A stretch of DNA of 64,000 bases from NCBI RefSeq assembly GCF_009914755.1, contig NC_060941.1; one strand, given 5' to 3'. Every line of letters begins with the position of its first letter. The first letter of the stretch is position 1. This DNA is from the human T2T-CHM13v2.0 reference genome, Homo sapiens. Shown one piece after another: positions 1 through 12,778 of the stretch. A model generated the notes under the pieces. The model saw nothing but the letters and a program-made list of their open reading frames with translations. It searched no databases and was not told the DNA's origin. The translations under genes were made by a program, and so were the position numbers.

Positions 1-650
1 TCCTCAGGTAGTGGAAGGAATCACAAGAAGACTCCTGAAAGTATACTCACATAGGGCTTTCATAAAACTAAAGAAAATAATATAGCAGGATAAAGGCAAA
101 CACCAGGGAGCTGTCCGACATCCAGGCGCATCTTCCTTTCAGGTACATAGGATGTACTTGATCTTAGGATGATAAACCACCAAGATACATGCAAAATGCC
201 TTGGTCTCAGGGAAGTCACAATCTCATCTAAGATGGTTTTTAATATCCTTCTGGTCACATAGCCAAAACCAGCTTGCATGATCAGGCTCAACTAAGATAA
301 TCTAACAGAAACCAGGTGAAAATAATCAATCTGTACATTTTCACTTAACAATGGTGACAAGTTGGTACAGAATATCTGTAGTAGTTTTTGGACTCAGTAC
401 AGAACTACACTAATCAATGGTTTGCAAATTCCATTCTGGATGGATCACGACTCAGCACTATGGCTTCGGGATCCCCTAGAGATAAGCACAAGGTTGCAGC
501 CAGGAAAAATGACCCCCATACCCACACAGATAGTTAAGGGCCAAACCACCTCTGTTGTTTTGGGTCCTATCATTCTCTCTGCTATCAGTAGGCCTTATTC
601 TATAAGAACTTCTTCAATCCAGTATTGGCCTACAGAGACAGCTAAGTCTA

Positions 651-654
651 CATT

Positions 655-693
<39 letters not shown>

Positions 694-971
694 CTTATGA
701 CACAGGTTCTTGCTCTTTCCCCCAGGCTGGAGTGCAGTAGGTGTGATCTTGGCTCATTGCAGCCTTGAACTTCCAGGCCCTGCCTCAGCCTCCCAAGTGG
801 CTGGGACTACAGGTGTGCGCCACAAAGCCTGGTTAATTTTTGCATTTTTTTGCAGAAACGGGGTTTTGCCACATTGCCCAGGTTGGTCTCTCACTCCTGG
901 GCTCTAGTGATCCTTCTGCCTTGGCCTCCCAAAGTATTGAGATTACAGGTGTGAGCCACCCTACCCGGCCT
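651..971 (-). mobile_element. Alu (AluJ-like) with (TTTA)n tail
   Basis: Antisense Alu consensus motifs; (TTTA)n at 651-698. Confidence 0.9.
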
Positions 972-1190
972 GAATTTTTTATTGATGCTGGTGTCCCCTC
1001 TCATCAGTACACTCTGATGTCCTCAGAATGGTTGTCCTCTGCGCCTCCCTATGGAACATTACCATCAGGTGGGTTTTCTGGACTTTTTGCAGTGTGTCTA
1101 CTCCAGAAGGTTACTGCCCTTCCCCTTGTGACACCTTCCTCTACTGTCCACCAGGACAATGATGGCATTTCTACCCCATTTACTACGGGC

Positions 1191-1555
<365 letters not shown>

Positions 1556-2054
1556 TAGAATCTCTGGGAGCCTTTGCTAGGATGTTAAATTGTGTATTAT
1601 GGGATAGAATGCTCCCAAGTCAACACAGTCTCCCTCATCCAATCTCATGTTCTGGCCACCTTGATCAAGCACCCTCAGCATTCAGTCCCACATGTCCTTC
1701 CCAGCTTCTTGCTGGTGTATGCTGGTTAGGTCTTGCAGCTACTTTGGGGTATAATCCCTTTTCTCCTTTATTAGGCCCATCATGTCCCTGAGTTATACTG
1801 TGACTTAACCCTAGTTTACATTTCATGGCCAGGAGGGGAGGTGGGTTCCTTGTTGACTGTGGGAAAAAGCCTTGGCATTTTCGAGTAGGAGCCAGGGAAG
1901 GGCACTTCTGCAGGCTCAGAGCATTCAAGAGAATCTGGAAATCCAAGATTTTCAGGGGCATCAACTCAGATGTCCCTGTTTCACATGTCAGGGTCCCATC
2001 CTTTCCCAACAAGGGCTCTGACCTTGATATAGCAGGCCTACCTTGCTTGGAAGC

Positions 2055-2413
2055 TGCATTCGTCCTTTCTCATGCTGCTAATAAAGACATACCAAAGATT
2101 GGGTAATTTATAAAGGAAAAAGGTTTAATTGACTCACAGTTCAGCATGTCTGGGGAAGTGTTAGGAAACTTACAATCATGGCAGAAGAGAAAGCAAACCA
2201 TCCTTTCTCACATGGTGACAGGAAGAGCAAAGCGGGGTAAGCCCCTTACAAAACCACCAGATCTCATGAGAACTCACTATCACGAGAACACCATGGAGGT
2301 AACTGCCCCCATGATTCAATTACCTCCCACCAGGTCCCTCCCACGACATGTGGGGATTATGCGAACTCCAACTCAAGATGAGATTTGGGTGGGGACACAG
2401 CCAAACCATATCA
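2055..2413 (-). mobile_element. THE1-family MaLR solo LTR
   Basis: Ends ...GGGGACACAGCCAAACCATATCA (reverse complement of the THE1 5' end); ~360 bp; TG...CA termini; 5-bp target-site duplication GAAGC at 2050-2054 and 2414-2418. Confidence 0.9.
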
Positions 2414-2728
2414 GAAGCTTAACCTTCTTTGGAGCATGATTATTCAGTTGAACCTAAGTTCAGTAGTCACCCAGTTATGCTGTCTTCAGCTACTATTTTC
2501 CATATGTTTCTCAAACATCTGATATATCACACTGGCTAGTGCACTTTCTTCCACCAGCATACCATCTCAATTTACCACTTTAACAATTGGACTGCCACTT
2601 TGTGTCAGGGACTATCTGTGCTCCAACTACTACAAGTGATAAGGTCCTCACTGACAGCCAGGGAGCAAGTGATCCAGCTCTAAAACTCACCTTATCATCT
2701 GCTTTCCTAGACCACTCCTAACAACCAA

Positions 2729-3479
2729 CTATTCTGGGTTGAGTTCTCCAAGAGGCAGAGAGTTCAGGATACAGAATGTTGTTTTGTTTTTGTTGTTGTT
2801 GCTGTTGTTGTTTGTGTGTGTGTTTGGGCTTTTTTGAGACGGAGTCTCACTCTGTTGCCCAGGTAGAAGTGCAGTGGCATGATCTCAGCTCCCTGCAACC
2901 TCCACCTCCTGGGTTTAAGTGATTCCCCTGCCTCCACCTCCTGAGTAGCTGGGACTACAAGTGTGCGCCACCACACCCAGCTAATTTTTGTGTTTTTAGT
3001 AGAAATGGGGTTTTACCATGTTGGCTAGGCTGCTCCCAAACTCCTGACCTCCAGTGATCCACCTACCTCTGCCTCCCAAAGTGCTGGGATTACAGGCGTG
3101 AGCCACCACACCCAGCCCAGAATGTTTATTAGAATGCACAATTAATACCAGAGGCAGTGGGGAAGGAAGGACTGAGCAGAGGAGGAAGTTGAGTTGTGAT
3201 TCAACCCAACAACTGCCTGGCTGGCATGGGGAGCTCTGGAGTTAAATAGGGCCATCAGACTTTCCCAGTGTGGGGCCAACATGACTGGGTCTTTATACCC
3301 CCACCTCTGTCAGTCACTCAACGTGGTCTCCCTGCAACAAGGTGACTCTTGCAGCCGAGACAATCCCTGAAGGGACAGAGGGCTGAAGCCTGTCTGCCAA
3401 CAGCACTCCCAGTGGCTGGAACAAGTCCTTCCCTATAGGGGAATCTGGGCGGCACACCTCCATCTCCATGTCCATCACA
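2729..3479 (-). mobile_element. LTR33-like ERVL LTR (5' LTR of the fossil provirus), split by an Alu
   Basis: Minus strand starts TGTGATGGAC...GTGCCGCCCAGATTCCCC...GGACTTGTTCCAGCCACTGGGAGTGCTGTTGGCAGACAG, resembling LTR33; it directly adjoins the ERVL internal sequence. Confidence 0.7.
2781..3117 (-). mobile_element. Alu (AluS-like) inserted in the LTR
   Basis: Antisense Alu; flanking duplication CAGAATGTT. Confidence 0.92.
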
Positions 3480-3849
3480 TACGATATCACAGACATTTAA
3501 ATATTTTGATAACTGTACATAAGAGTTTCCTTTATAATCTTATAGATCTTATTTTATGCATTTGAAAATATTCTTCTGAGACAGGGCTTTTATCATATTG
3601 CCATAGGGTGCCACGATATAAAAAAGGTTAAATACTCTCTGATTCAGAAGTATCCAATGATGACTTCTCTCTCATGCATTTAATTGAAAATCTGGTTTTT
3701 CTCCTTCTCTGCTAGTTCTCTACCTCTCTCCCCACCTCCCACATCATAGCCTATTCACATATGTCTGAATCTCATGATAGACAAGTTCAGGTTCTTTTCC
3801 CAGGTTCTTTTTACCACATCCCCCCACCCCCACATAAAAAGTATATATG

Positions 3850-4255
3850 GCACAGCCTAGGTTCCACCCAAATCCTTTCTCCTCTTCTTCCTGGGCCCAC
3901 AACTCTCCTACATACATTGGTATACCTTGCGCTTAGGGATGGCCATGTGACTAAGTTCTAACAGTGGAACATGATCAGATGCCACTTCCAGCCTCTAAGA
4001 CAGCCAGTGTGTTTCCTCCATAAGCTCCTTCTCTTCCTCCCAACTGGAGACTCTAAATGATGACCCTGCCTCAAGCAAGCAAACAACAAGTCCCTCAGGG
4101 GTGGTGTAGGCTGCAAATGGAAGGAGCTTGAGTCCCAAACCTTCCACGGAGAAGGCTGGCTACCAACCTGGATCACTCACCCAAGACTGCTCGAAGAGTT
4201 GGTTTGAACCATTGTGTTTTGGGGTCTATTTATTACAACAGTTTAGCTTGCTTTG
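3850..4255 (+). mobile_element. Old MLT1-family MaLR LTR
   Basis: GGCCATGTGACTAAGTTCT motif and a 3' end TTTGGGGTCTATTTATTACAACAG typical of MLT1. Confidence 0.6.
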
Positions 4256-5006
4256 TGAATAGATTTAGTGGCAGAGCCTCCAAATTCTATAGATACATTG
4301 ATCTCAGTCCTAACCGCATCTGGAACACCATTAAATAAAGGAATTGCAAACCCAGAGAAGGTAATGAATTTGTCTAAGGTCATACAAGATGGCTAGGATC
4401 AGGACCCAACTCTCCAGTTTTCTTTCTTCTCTGCTATTCTGCCTTCTGTGATCCTACATAAGTGGGCATGATTGTATAACATATGCGGCCATGAGATTTC
4501 TCTTTCAGCAAGAGAAAGGGACAGGAAGAAAGAGAGGGAATGCATTTTCTTGGCCTGAATTAGTGTGAGCCATTAGTTACCTACATTGACTAAATTATCT
4601 GGAATGAACATTCAACTCTACATCACATATAGTTAAAATGACAGATCTGCTTAAGATTGTTTCTAGCATACGTTATTTCAATTTAGGCAAATGTGACCAT
4701 TCAGTGTGAGGGGACCATACTGTCATTAGGTCCCTGTCAGTTCTCAATTATACTGTTATCTTAGAGGGGGAAAAATGTGAAATTTGAATGTAGACGAGTG
4801 TTGATTTGACTGCTACAGTTTATTTTACGTATAGAAATAAAATAATGTGTAGCAAAAGCATTATTACAAAGATGATAATGAAATAACTAGTATTTATAAT
4901 AGTATAATAGTATAGTATTTATAATAGTATGATAGTTTAATGACTATTTGTCAGATGTTGTGTAAGAAACTTTATACACACACACACACACACCTCATTT
5001 AATTCC

Positions 5007-5625
<619 letters not shown>

Positions 5626-6057
5626 CAATGCTGCAAGACGGATATTGACTGCACCCCCTTCCCACTTTCAGAAAGAAGAAGAGTAATTTTGCTGAACTCC
5701 TTCTAGAGACTGGAAATGTCCCTTCCAGTTGGGGTGATTAGGGAAGGCTTTGGTAAAATTTGAGCTAGAGTTTGAAGGTTAGGTAGACTACTGGTGGGTG
5801 AAGAAAGAACAAGGACCTTTGTAGGCAAAGGAAAACCTCAGAATTACAGAGGTGGAAAAAGAGTTCTAGTCAAGCCACTTCAGCTGGCTACAGAGTAGGT
5901 GGGAAAGAAAATGGGAGGACAAGGGCTCAGATGATGGGGGGTTGGGGCATTGGGGGGACACTTGAAAGCTAAACTAAGGGGTTGAACTTAATTTAGGAGG
6001 CAGTTAGAAGCTTTTACATATTTTTGAGCAAGAGAGTGACATAATTAAAATGATCTG

Positions 6058-6385
6058 GGCCAGGTGTGGTGGCTCACACCTGTAATCCCAGCACTTTGGG
6101 AGGCTGAGGAGCTTGGGTCACCTGAGGTCAGGAGATCGAGACCAGCCTGGCCAACATGGTGAAATCCCGTCCTACTAAAAATACAAAAATTAGCCGGGAG
6201 TGGTGGCATATGCCTGTAATCCCAGTAGCTGGGAGGCTGAGACAGGAAAATCGCTTGAACCCGGGAAACAGGTTGCAGTGAGCCGAGATCGTGCCACTGC
6301 ACTCCAGCCTGGGCAACAGAGCGAGACTCCATCTCAAAAAAACAAAACAAACACACACAAAAAACCAAAAATAAATAAATAAAAT
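6058..6385 (+). mobile_element. Alu (AluS-like)
   Basis: GGCCAGGTGTGGTGGCTCAC start, dimeric body, mixed A-rich tail. Confidence 0.92.
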
Positions 6386-6551
6386 GATCACTTCTGAATA
6401 CTGATCTAACTAGGGGTTGCAGGGTGGGCTGATATAGGGAGAAACTGGAGAGCAAGGAGATCACTAAGGTCCCTACATGTCCAGAACCAAGATAGAGGTC
6501 TTGAACTAGGATGGTGGCAGTTAGAACAACAACAACAAAAAGTCAATTCCA

Positions 6552-6820
6552 GGCTGAGTGCAGTGGCTCATGCCTGTAATCCCAACGCTTTGGGAGGCTG
6601 AGGTGGGAGTTAGAAAGCAGCCTGGGCAACACTGCAAGACCTCCTCTCTAAAAAAAAAAAAAAAAAAAAGTTAGCCAGGTGTGGTGGTGCCCACCTGTAG
6701 TCCCAGCAACTCAGAAGGCTGAGGTGGGAAGATTGCTTGAGCCCCAGGAGTTCAAGCTTGCCGTGAGCTACGATTGTGCCACTGCACTCCAGCCTGAGCA
6801 AGACCTTGTCTCCAAAAAAA
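6552..6820 (+). mobile_element. Alu (AluJ-like)
   Basis: Alu body; TSD AAA(A/G)GTCAATTCCA. Confidence 0.9.
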
Positions 6821-8004
6821 GGTCAATTCCACTGACTTTTCTAAGGTGTACACCATCAAGGGGCAGCTCCATCTCCAGGCCATTGGCTCATGAGACATTC
6901 TGTAGTCAGAAGGCTAGGGCAGATTGCTTTGAGCAAGCCCCCATGGTGGTTCTCACTCCTACTTCTTTGGGTATATGCCCCTCTGTTTAAAAATAAAGTT
7001 AATATGCATTTAAAAAAAAAAAGGAGAAAAAGGTCAGTTCCAGAAACTGTGTGAATAAAGCATTTTACTTGCTTTTTCTATTAATCTATAACATATGTTG
7101 ATTTTTTAAAAAGAATATAAGAGCTATGCAAATTGGAGCTTCAAGACAACTTCCCATCTCCCTAGGAGGAGATGGCTGCCCTAAACCCCCCTACATAGAA
7201 ATCATCCCACTGCTTGGGCTTAAACTTGATGTTGGGGAAATGAAAAATCCAAGCTAAGGCCGAAGCCTGGGGCCTGGGCGACCAGCAGAATGAGGACCAC
7301 TGGTCAGTTTCAGGCTGAGGTGCGTCTTCCAGGGGACAATCTCTAGCTGGCCCTTAAACATTCAGACTTCAAGCTCTATTTACAGCATAAAGGTGTTTCA
7401 AAAGACGTGATACAAATAACTGCAAATGCTCTGCGATGTGTTAAGCACTGTTTGAAATTCGTCTAATTTAAGATTTTTTTTTCTGACGTAACGGTTAGAT
7501 TCACGTTTCTTTTTTTTTAAGTACAGTTCTACTGTATTGTAACTGAGTTAGCTTGCTTTAAGCCGATTTGTTAAGGAAAGGATTCACCTTGGTCAGTAAC
7601 AAAAAAGGTGGGAAAAAAGCAAGGAGAAAGGAAGCAGCCTGGGGGAAAGAGACCTTAGCCAGGGGGGCGGTTTCGGGACTACGAAGGGTCGGGGCGGACG
7701 GACTCGAGGGCCGGCCACGTGGAAGGCCGCTCAGGACTTCTGTAGGAGAGGACACCGCCCCAGGCTGACTGAAAGTAAAGGGCAGCGGACCCAGCGGCGG
7801 AGCCACTGGCCTTGCCCCGACCCCGCATGGCCCGAAGGAGGACACCCACCCCCGCAACGACACAAAGACTCCAACTACAGGAGGTGGAGAAAGCGCGTGC
7901 GCCACGGAACGCGCGTGCGCGCTGCGGTCAGCGCCGCGGCCTGAGGCGTAGCGGGAGGGGGACCGCGAAAGGGCAGCGCCGAGAGGAACGAGCCGGGAGA
8001 CGCC

Positions 8005-8309
8005 GGACGGCCGAGCGGCAGGGCGCTCGCGCGCGCCCACTAGTGGCCGGAGGAGAAGGCTCCCGCGGAGGCCGCGCTGCCCGCCCCCTCCCCTGGGGAG
8101 GCTCGCGTTCCCGCTGCTCGCGCCTGCGCCGCCCGCCGGCCTCAGGAACGCGCCCTCTTCGCCGGCGCGCGCCCTCGCAGTCACCGCCACCCACCAGCTC
8201 CGGCACCAACAGCAGCGCCGCTGCCACCGCCCACCTTCTGCCGCCGCCACCACAGCCACCTTCTCCTCCTCCGCTGTCCTCTCCCGTCCTCGCCTCTGTC
8301 GACTATCAG
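8005..8309 (+). other. MAPT: MAPT non-coding first exon (exon 0, 5'UTR); TSS heterogeneous, start approximate
   Basis: Sequence GGACGGCCGAGCGGCAGGG...CTCGCCTCTGTCGACTATCAG recognised as the tau mRNA 5' leader; no ATG; consensus donor CAG|GTAAGC at 8309/8310. Confidence 0.95.
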
Positions 8310-8669
8310 GTAAGCGCCGCGGCTCCGAAATCTGCCTCGCCGTCCGCCTCTGTGCACCCCTGCGCCGCCGCCCCTCGCCCTCCCTCTCCGCAGACTGGGG
8401 CTTCGTGCGCCGGGCATCGGTCGGGGCCACCGCAGGGCCCCTCCCTGCCTCCCCTGCTCGGGGGCTGGGGCCAGGGCGGCCTGGAAAGGGACCTGAGCAA
8501 GGGATGCACGCACGCGTGAGTGCGCGCGTGTGTGTGTGCTGGAGGGTCTTCACCACCAGATTCGCGCAGACCCCAGGTGGAGGCTGTGCCGGCAGGGTGG
8601 GGCGCGGCGGCGGTGACTTGGGGGAGGGGGCTGCCCTTCACTCTCGACTGCAGCCTTTTGCCGCAATGG

Positions 8670-8671
<2 letters not shown>

Positions 8672-8714
<43 letters not shown>
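8672..8714. repeat. (GT)~21 microsatellite
   Basis: Perfect dinucleotide run. Confidence 0.98.
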
Positions 8715-8715
<1 letters not shown>

Positions 8716-9102
8716 AGGGGTCCGATAACGACCCCCGAAACCGAATCTGAAATCCGCTGTCCCTGCCGCTGTTCGCCATCAGCTCTAAGAAAGACGTGGA
8801 TCGGGTTCTAGAAAAGATGACTCCCTGCACGCCCCTCCCTGCACCTCCCGAGCAGTGATTCCGACAGGGCCTTCACTGCCCCTGATTTTAGGCGGGGGCC
8901 GGCCCCCTCCCCTTTTCCTCCTTCAGAAACCCGTAGGGGACATTTGGGGGCTGGGAGAAATCGAGGAGATGGGGAGGGGTCCACGCGCTGTCACTTTAGT
9001 TGCCCTTCCCCCTGCGCACGCCTGGCACAGAGACGCGAGCAGCGCCGTGCCTGAGAACAGTGCGCGGATCCCACTGTGCACGCTCGCAAAGGCAGGGTTC
9101 AC

Positions 9103-9140
9103 CTGGCCTGGCGATGTGGACGGACTCGGCGGCCGCTGGT
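9103..9140 (-). ncRNA. MAPT-AS1: Probable short first exon of antisense lncRNA MAPT-AS1
   Basis: Minus-strand donor CAG|GTGAAC at 9103/9102. Recalled annotation places a short MAPT-AS1 first exon about 0.8 kb into intron 0; the 5' end is approximate. Confidence 0.55.
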
Positions 9141-9399
9141 CCCCGTTCGCGGGCACGCACAGCCGCAGCCACGCACGGATGGGCGCGGGGCTGCAGGTGC
9201 ATCTCGGGGCGGATTTCTTTCTCAGCGCTCGGAGCGCAGGGCGCCCGGCGTGTGCGCTCCCTGCCGGAGGCGCGGGGCTGGCGCGCAGGGCTCGCCCCTC
9301 ACTGCGGCAGTGGGTGTGGACCCTGGTGGGCGAGGAAGGGGGAGGATAGGCTGTGCCTCCTCCCACTCCCGCCCCCAGCCCCCCTTTTTTTCCCCCTCG

Positions 9400-12300
9400 G
9401 AACGCGAGGTGCCATCTTTTTTCGGCGTGTCACGTCTTTACGGTGCCATGCCAAACCGGGTGGCCGGGCTTCATAGGACAGGGCGGGGCCTGGCATTAAA
9501 GGGAGGGGGACAATCAGCGCTGAAATCTTGGCGTTTTGCTGCTGCGGGCGTGAGCACTGGGGGCGTTCGCCCAGCACCTTCTTCGGGGGCTCTTTGCTTT
9601 GTCTGTAGAGGTTACGTGATCTGCGCTCCCAGCCCTGGTTTCTGGCTTTTATTCTGAGGGTGTTCAGTCAACCTCCCCCCTACGCCCATGCGCCTCTCTT
9701 TCCTTTTTCGCTCCTCATTTCCGAGCCCATTGTTGGATCTCGAGGCTTGCTGGGTTCGATGAACTCGAGTCAACCCCCCGACCCCCGGCACGCATGGAAC
9801 GGGCGTGACCGCGCGCAGCCTCGTCTCGGAGTCTGCCGGCGCCGGGAAGCTTCTGAAGGGATGGGATTCGAGTCTCCGTGCGCGCTGCGGGCGGCGGCAG
9901 AGGGATCTCGCCCCTCCCTACACCCCAAGTGTCCTGAGGGCCACGCCACACCAGGTTGCCCAGCGAGGGACGCTGGCTACCCATCCGGGGATGGGTGGGG
10001 AGCCCTGGCGGGGCCTCTCCGGCTTTACGCCCTGTTGCTTCGCCTGGCCGGAGAATGTGAGGAAGGGGCATAAGGTTACTGGTGCTTCGGCCACACCCAT
10101 CTTTCTGAGCCCACTGGACTGGGCGCAGAGGGGGGATTGCCATGGAAACCACAGGTGTCCGGAGAGGGGATCTTGGGGCTGGCCTCACCCCTTCCCTGCG
10201 GAGATTGGGGACCCTGGGGTAGGGGGAGCCGCGCCCAGTCGGCCTCCTGGAGGACACGGGAGGAAGCCCCGAACCCCCGCGCCTGAGGCTGTTTCTGATT
10301 GGCCCCTGGAGGCCGCAGACACGCAGATAGGCGGCCCTGGGTGTATTTTTATTAATATTATGTCCGTACTGATTAATATTATTTATCTTAAATAAATTTC
10401 ACCCGTGTCCAAGTTCACCGCGCCCCCAAAACCGAGTCTGGGGCGGCAGGGGGAACTCCTGGCCAACGAATCCATGCCTCGCCCTCCTGTGATGAACCTG
10501 GTACGCACGGTTTTCTGGTTAATTCTATCGCTGAAAACTGGTGCGGGGGGCGCACTTCTGAGACGGAAGAGCATCTAGGAGCTGAATCCTCCACGCGGGT
10601 CGCCCAGGTTGATCTGAATTTCTGGGGAATGGCTTGGCTGCCCGCCCGGGACCAGGCCGACCCTCCTTGACGGTGGCGTAGAGGGCTGGAGCCTGGGTAC
10701 TGCGAGGCTCCTCGCATGGCTGGGCCCGCCGCGAGGGGTTGCAGAGCGGCTCAGGGATCGATTCAAGCATCGTCTCTCCTCCCTCGCCCCCAGACAGAGC
10801 TGGGCGCGGGGTTCCCCTTCCAGATGGAGCGAGGGTCTCGGGGTGGCCCCGGAAAAGGGGAGCCCGCGGCCACGGCTACGTATTGCCATCTCGCGAGCAG
10901 AGATGTCACCTCCTGCCTTTGGAGGAAAGGGAGCCCGGTGGGGATGAGCGCATTTAGCCCAATGCTGGGAACAAAGCGCACTCCGCGCTTCTGCGATTTC
11001 GCTCCATTTTGAAATGTGTTGGCGCTTTGGTGGGGCCGCTGCGGTGGGCAAGGCCGGGGGCGCTGTTAATGGAGGAACCTCAGGGGGACGGTCCTTCGTA
11101 GGAAACTCTATCCTGGCTCTGCGCGCGCTTTAAGGAAATGGCTTCCCTCCAGGACCTCGAGGGATGCAGCTTTTGCGCGGATGACGGTGGGGTGCTGAAC
11201 CAGCCGGTGCGCCTCTGGAAATGTCTGGGCACGGATCCTGGGGCCATCGACGACTCCTCCCCATTCCCAGCAGGCGGGAGCTCTTACATTCCGAGCGAGT
11301 GACCCCTCTCACCCTCTGGCGCTCACACACCTGTAACTCCAAACCTCCGTCTCAGAATGGTCCAGGCTGGAAGGGATGATGGGGGCTCCGACAGCGACTG
11401 CCTAGCTCACCCCTCTGCGTGCTCAGGCTCCAGGCTCAGCAGGACCAATTTGAGTTCTATCTGATCCCCCTCGGCCCCTTAACTGACCCATCCTACAGGA
11501 GACAGGGAAATGTCTTTCCTACCGCGGTTGATTCTGGGGTGTCATTTTGTGTTTTGTGATGGCTGCTTATATTTACTGTATAAGCATTGTATTTACTGTA
11601 TAAGCATTGTATTATAATTACTGTATAAGCTGCTTATATTTACTGTATAAGCATCTCCAAATCCTCCCTCTACGTAAACAAATTAATGGATAAACAGATA
11701 AGTGTATCCCCTGCCCCCACCCCTGCTACGCAGGTCCGGAGTGACTCTTGAAGCTCATACATTCCTTGGCCAAGTTTGCTTCTCTAACAGATGTTTATAT
11801 AGCAATAACCTGGCTTGGCTCTTGGGTTCACCTTTGGACGATTTGGGGAAGGGGCTTGTTGGCTTTGCTGGGTTTTGGATGAGTGACAGTCCATGACTGT
11901 TCCTGCTGGAAGGGCGTGACTTTTAAGTGGTTTCTAATATCAGGCATTGCTCCTCCGACAGGAACAAAAGAAATGGATACTGCCCATAAATTGTTAGAAA
12001 ACTTAGAATCGCTTTGATTGAGGAAAGGTTAGATTTATTCCGGTTGGAAAAAGTGGCCTTTCTATTAAACGTGCCCTTTGACCCTCATGCCCTTGGAGGT
12101 CGGTGCCAGCCTGGAGATGGGATAAGATTGTGGTTTTCCTTCTGCCTTTTTAACATCTGTTGTTACAGTCCATTTGTTGAAAATTTAAAGAAACTGTTTT
12201 ATTCCACTTTCCCTCAGCATTTATGTGTGTGGTTTCAGTAGCTCTGTGGCTATATGTACGAACACGTGTTATTTTTCCAATTGGACATGTGATAATTTTC

Positions 12301-12425
12301 CAACTGGACCTTGCCTTCTATTGATGTATTTATTTAGCATCTTCCTTACTCCCTCCTTGAAAAAGAATCACTCAAAAACAAATAAAAACAGCCGTAGGGG
12401 CCTAATACAGTGCTAGACATACAAG
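9400..12425 (+). ncRNA. MAPT-IT1: Probable MAPT-IT1 intronic transcript (unspliced, ~3 kb)
   Basis: Position from recalled annotation; AATAAA at 12381-12386 fits a 3' end near 12400-12425. Boundaries cannot be derived from sequence alone. Confidence 0.5.
11562..11654. repeat. Short tandem/palindromic array, 4 x TTACTGTATAAGC
   Basis: Copies at ~11573, 11593, 11618 and 11640. Confidence 0.9.
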
Positions 12426-12778
12426 AGGTATTCGGTCCATACCAAATGGATTTTATCCATGAAGGATAAATGGGGAAATACAGTGGGAAGCAGGTGGGAA
12501 ACTGCGTTTGACTCTGCTCTTTCCTCCACCACCACTTTCCTCATCACCGTGTTCAGAGACCCCCAAAGCCCCCTCACACTCCCAGAAACACCCCCCTGGC
12601 CACTCCTAACTTGCCATGCCCAGGAGTTAGGTGCTTCCACTAGTGACATGGAGCTGGCGTTTGGGGGGCACCTCAGCAGGTGACGGGAAGAGAAGACCCC
12701 AGCCTCACCAGCTGGGCTGCAGCAGGGAGAGGAGTCCTCATGTTCCAGCAGGGACTCTCAGCTGTTTTCCTGTAAAAC

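Larger units (their letters stand above)
7650..11400. promoter_or_regulatory. MAPT: MAPT promoter CpG island (TATA-less, bidirectional)
   Basis: Very high GC and CpG density; GC boxes (GGGGCGG at ~7665 and ~7691); E-box CACGTG at ~7716; surrounds exon 0. Confidence 0.93.

Noticed and set aside
1-500. Possible additional LTR (MER21/MER77-like) at the window start
   Set aside because: Resemblance too weak to name a family without Dfam.
7928-7948. RE1/REST-like motif GTCAGCGCCGCGGCCTGAGGC (also a half-site TTCAGCACC at 57729)
   Set aside because: Only about 14/21 match to consensus with key positions wrong; the second has no right half-site.
7558-11051. Long ORFs (up to 332 aa) on both strands of the CpG island
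   Set aside because: Expected from stop-codon scarcity in GC-rich DNA; low-complexity R/G/P/A peptides, many with non-ATG starts, overlapping in all frames; exon 0 is non-coding.
11562-11654. Repeat-spacer look resembling a CRISPR array
   Set aside because: Human DNA; 13-bp units with 7-12 bp related spacers; no cas genes.
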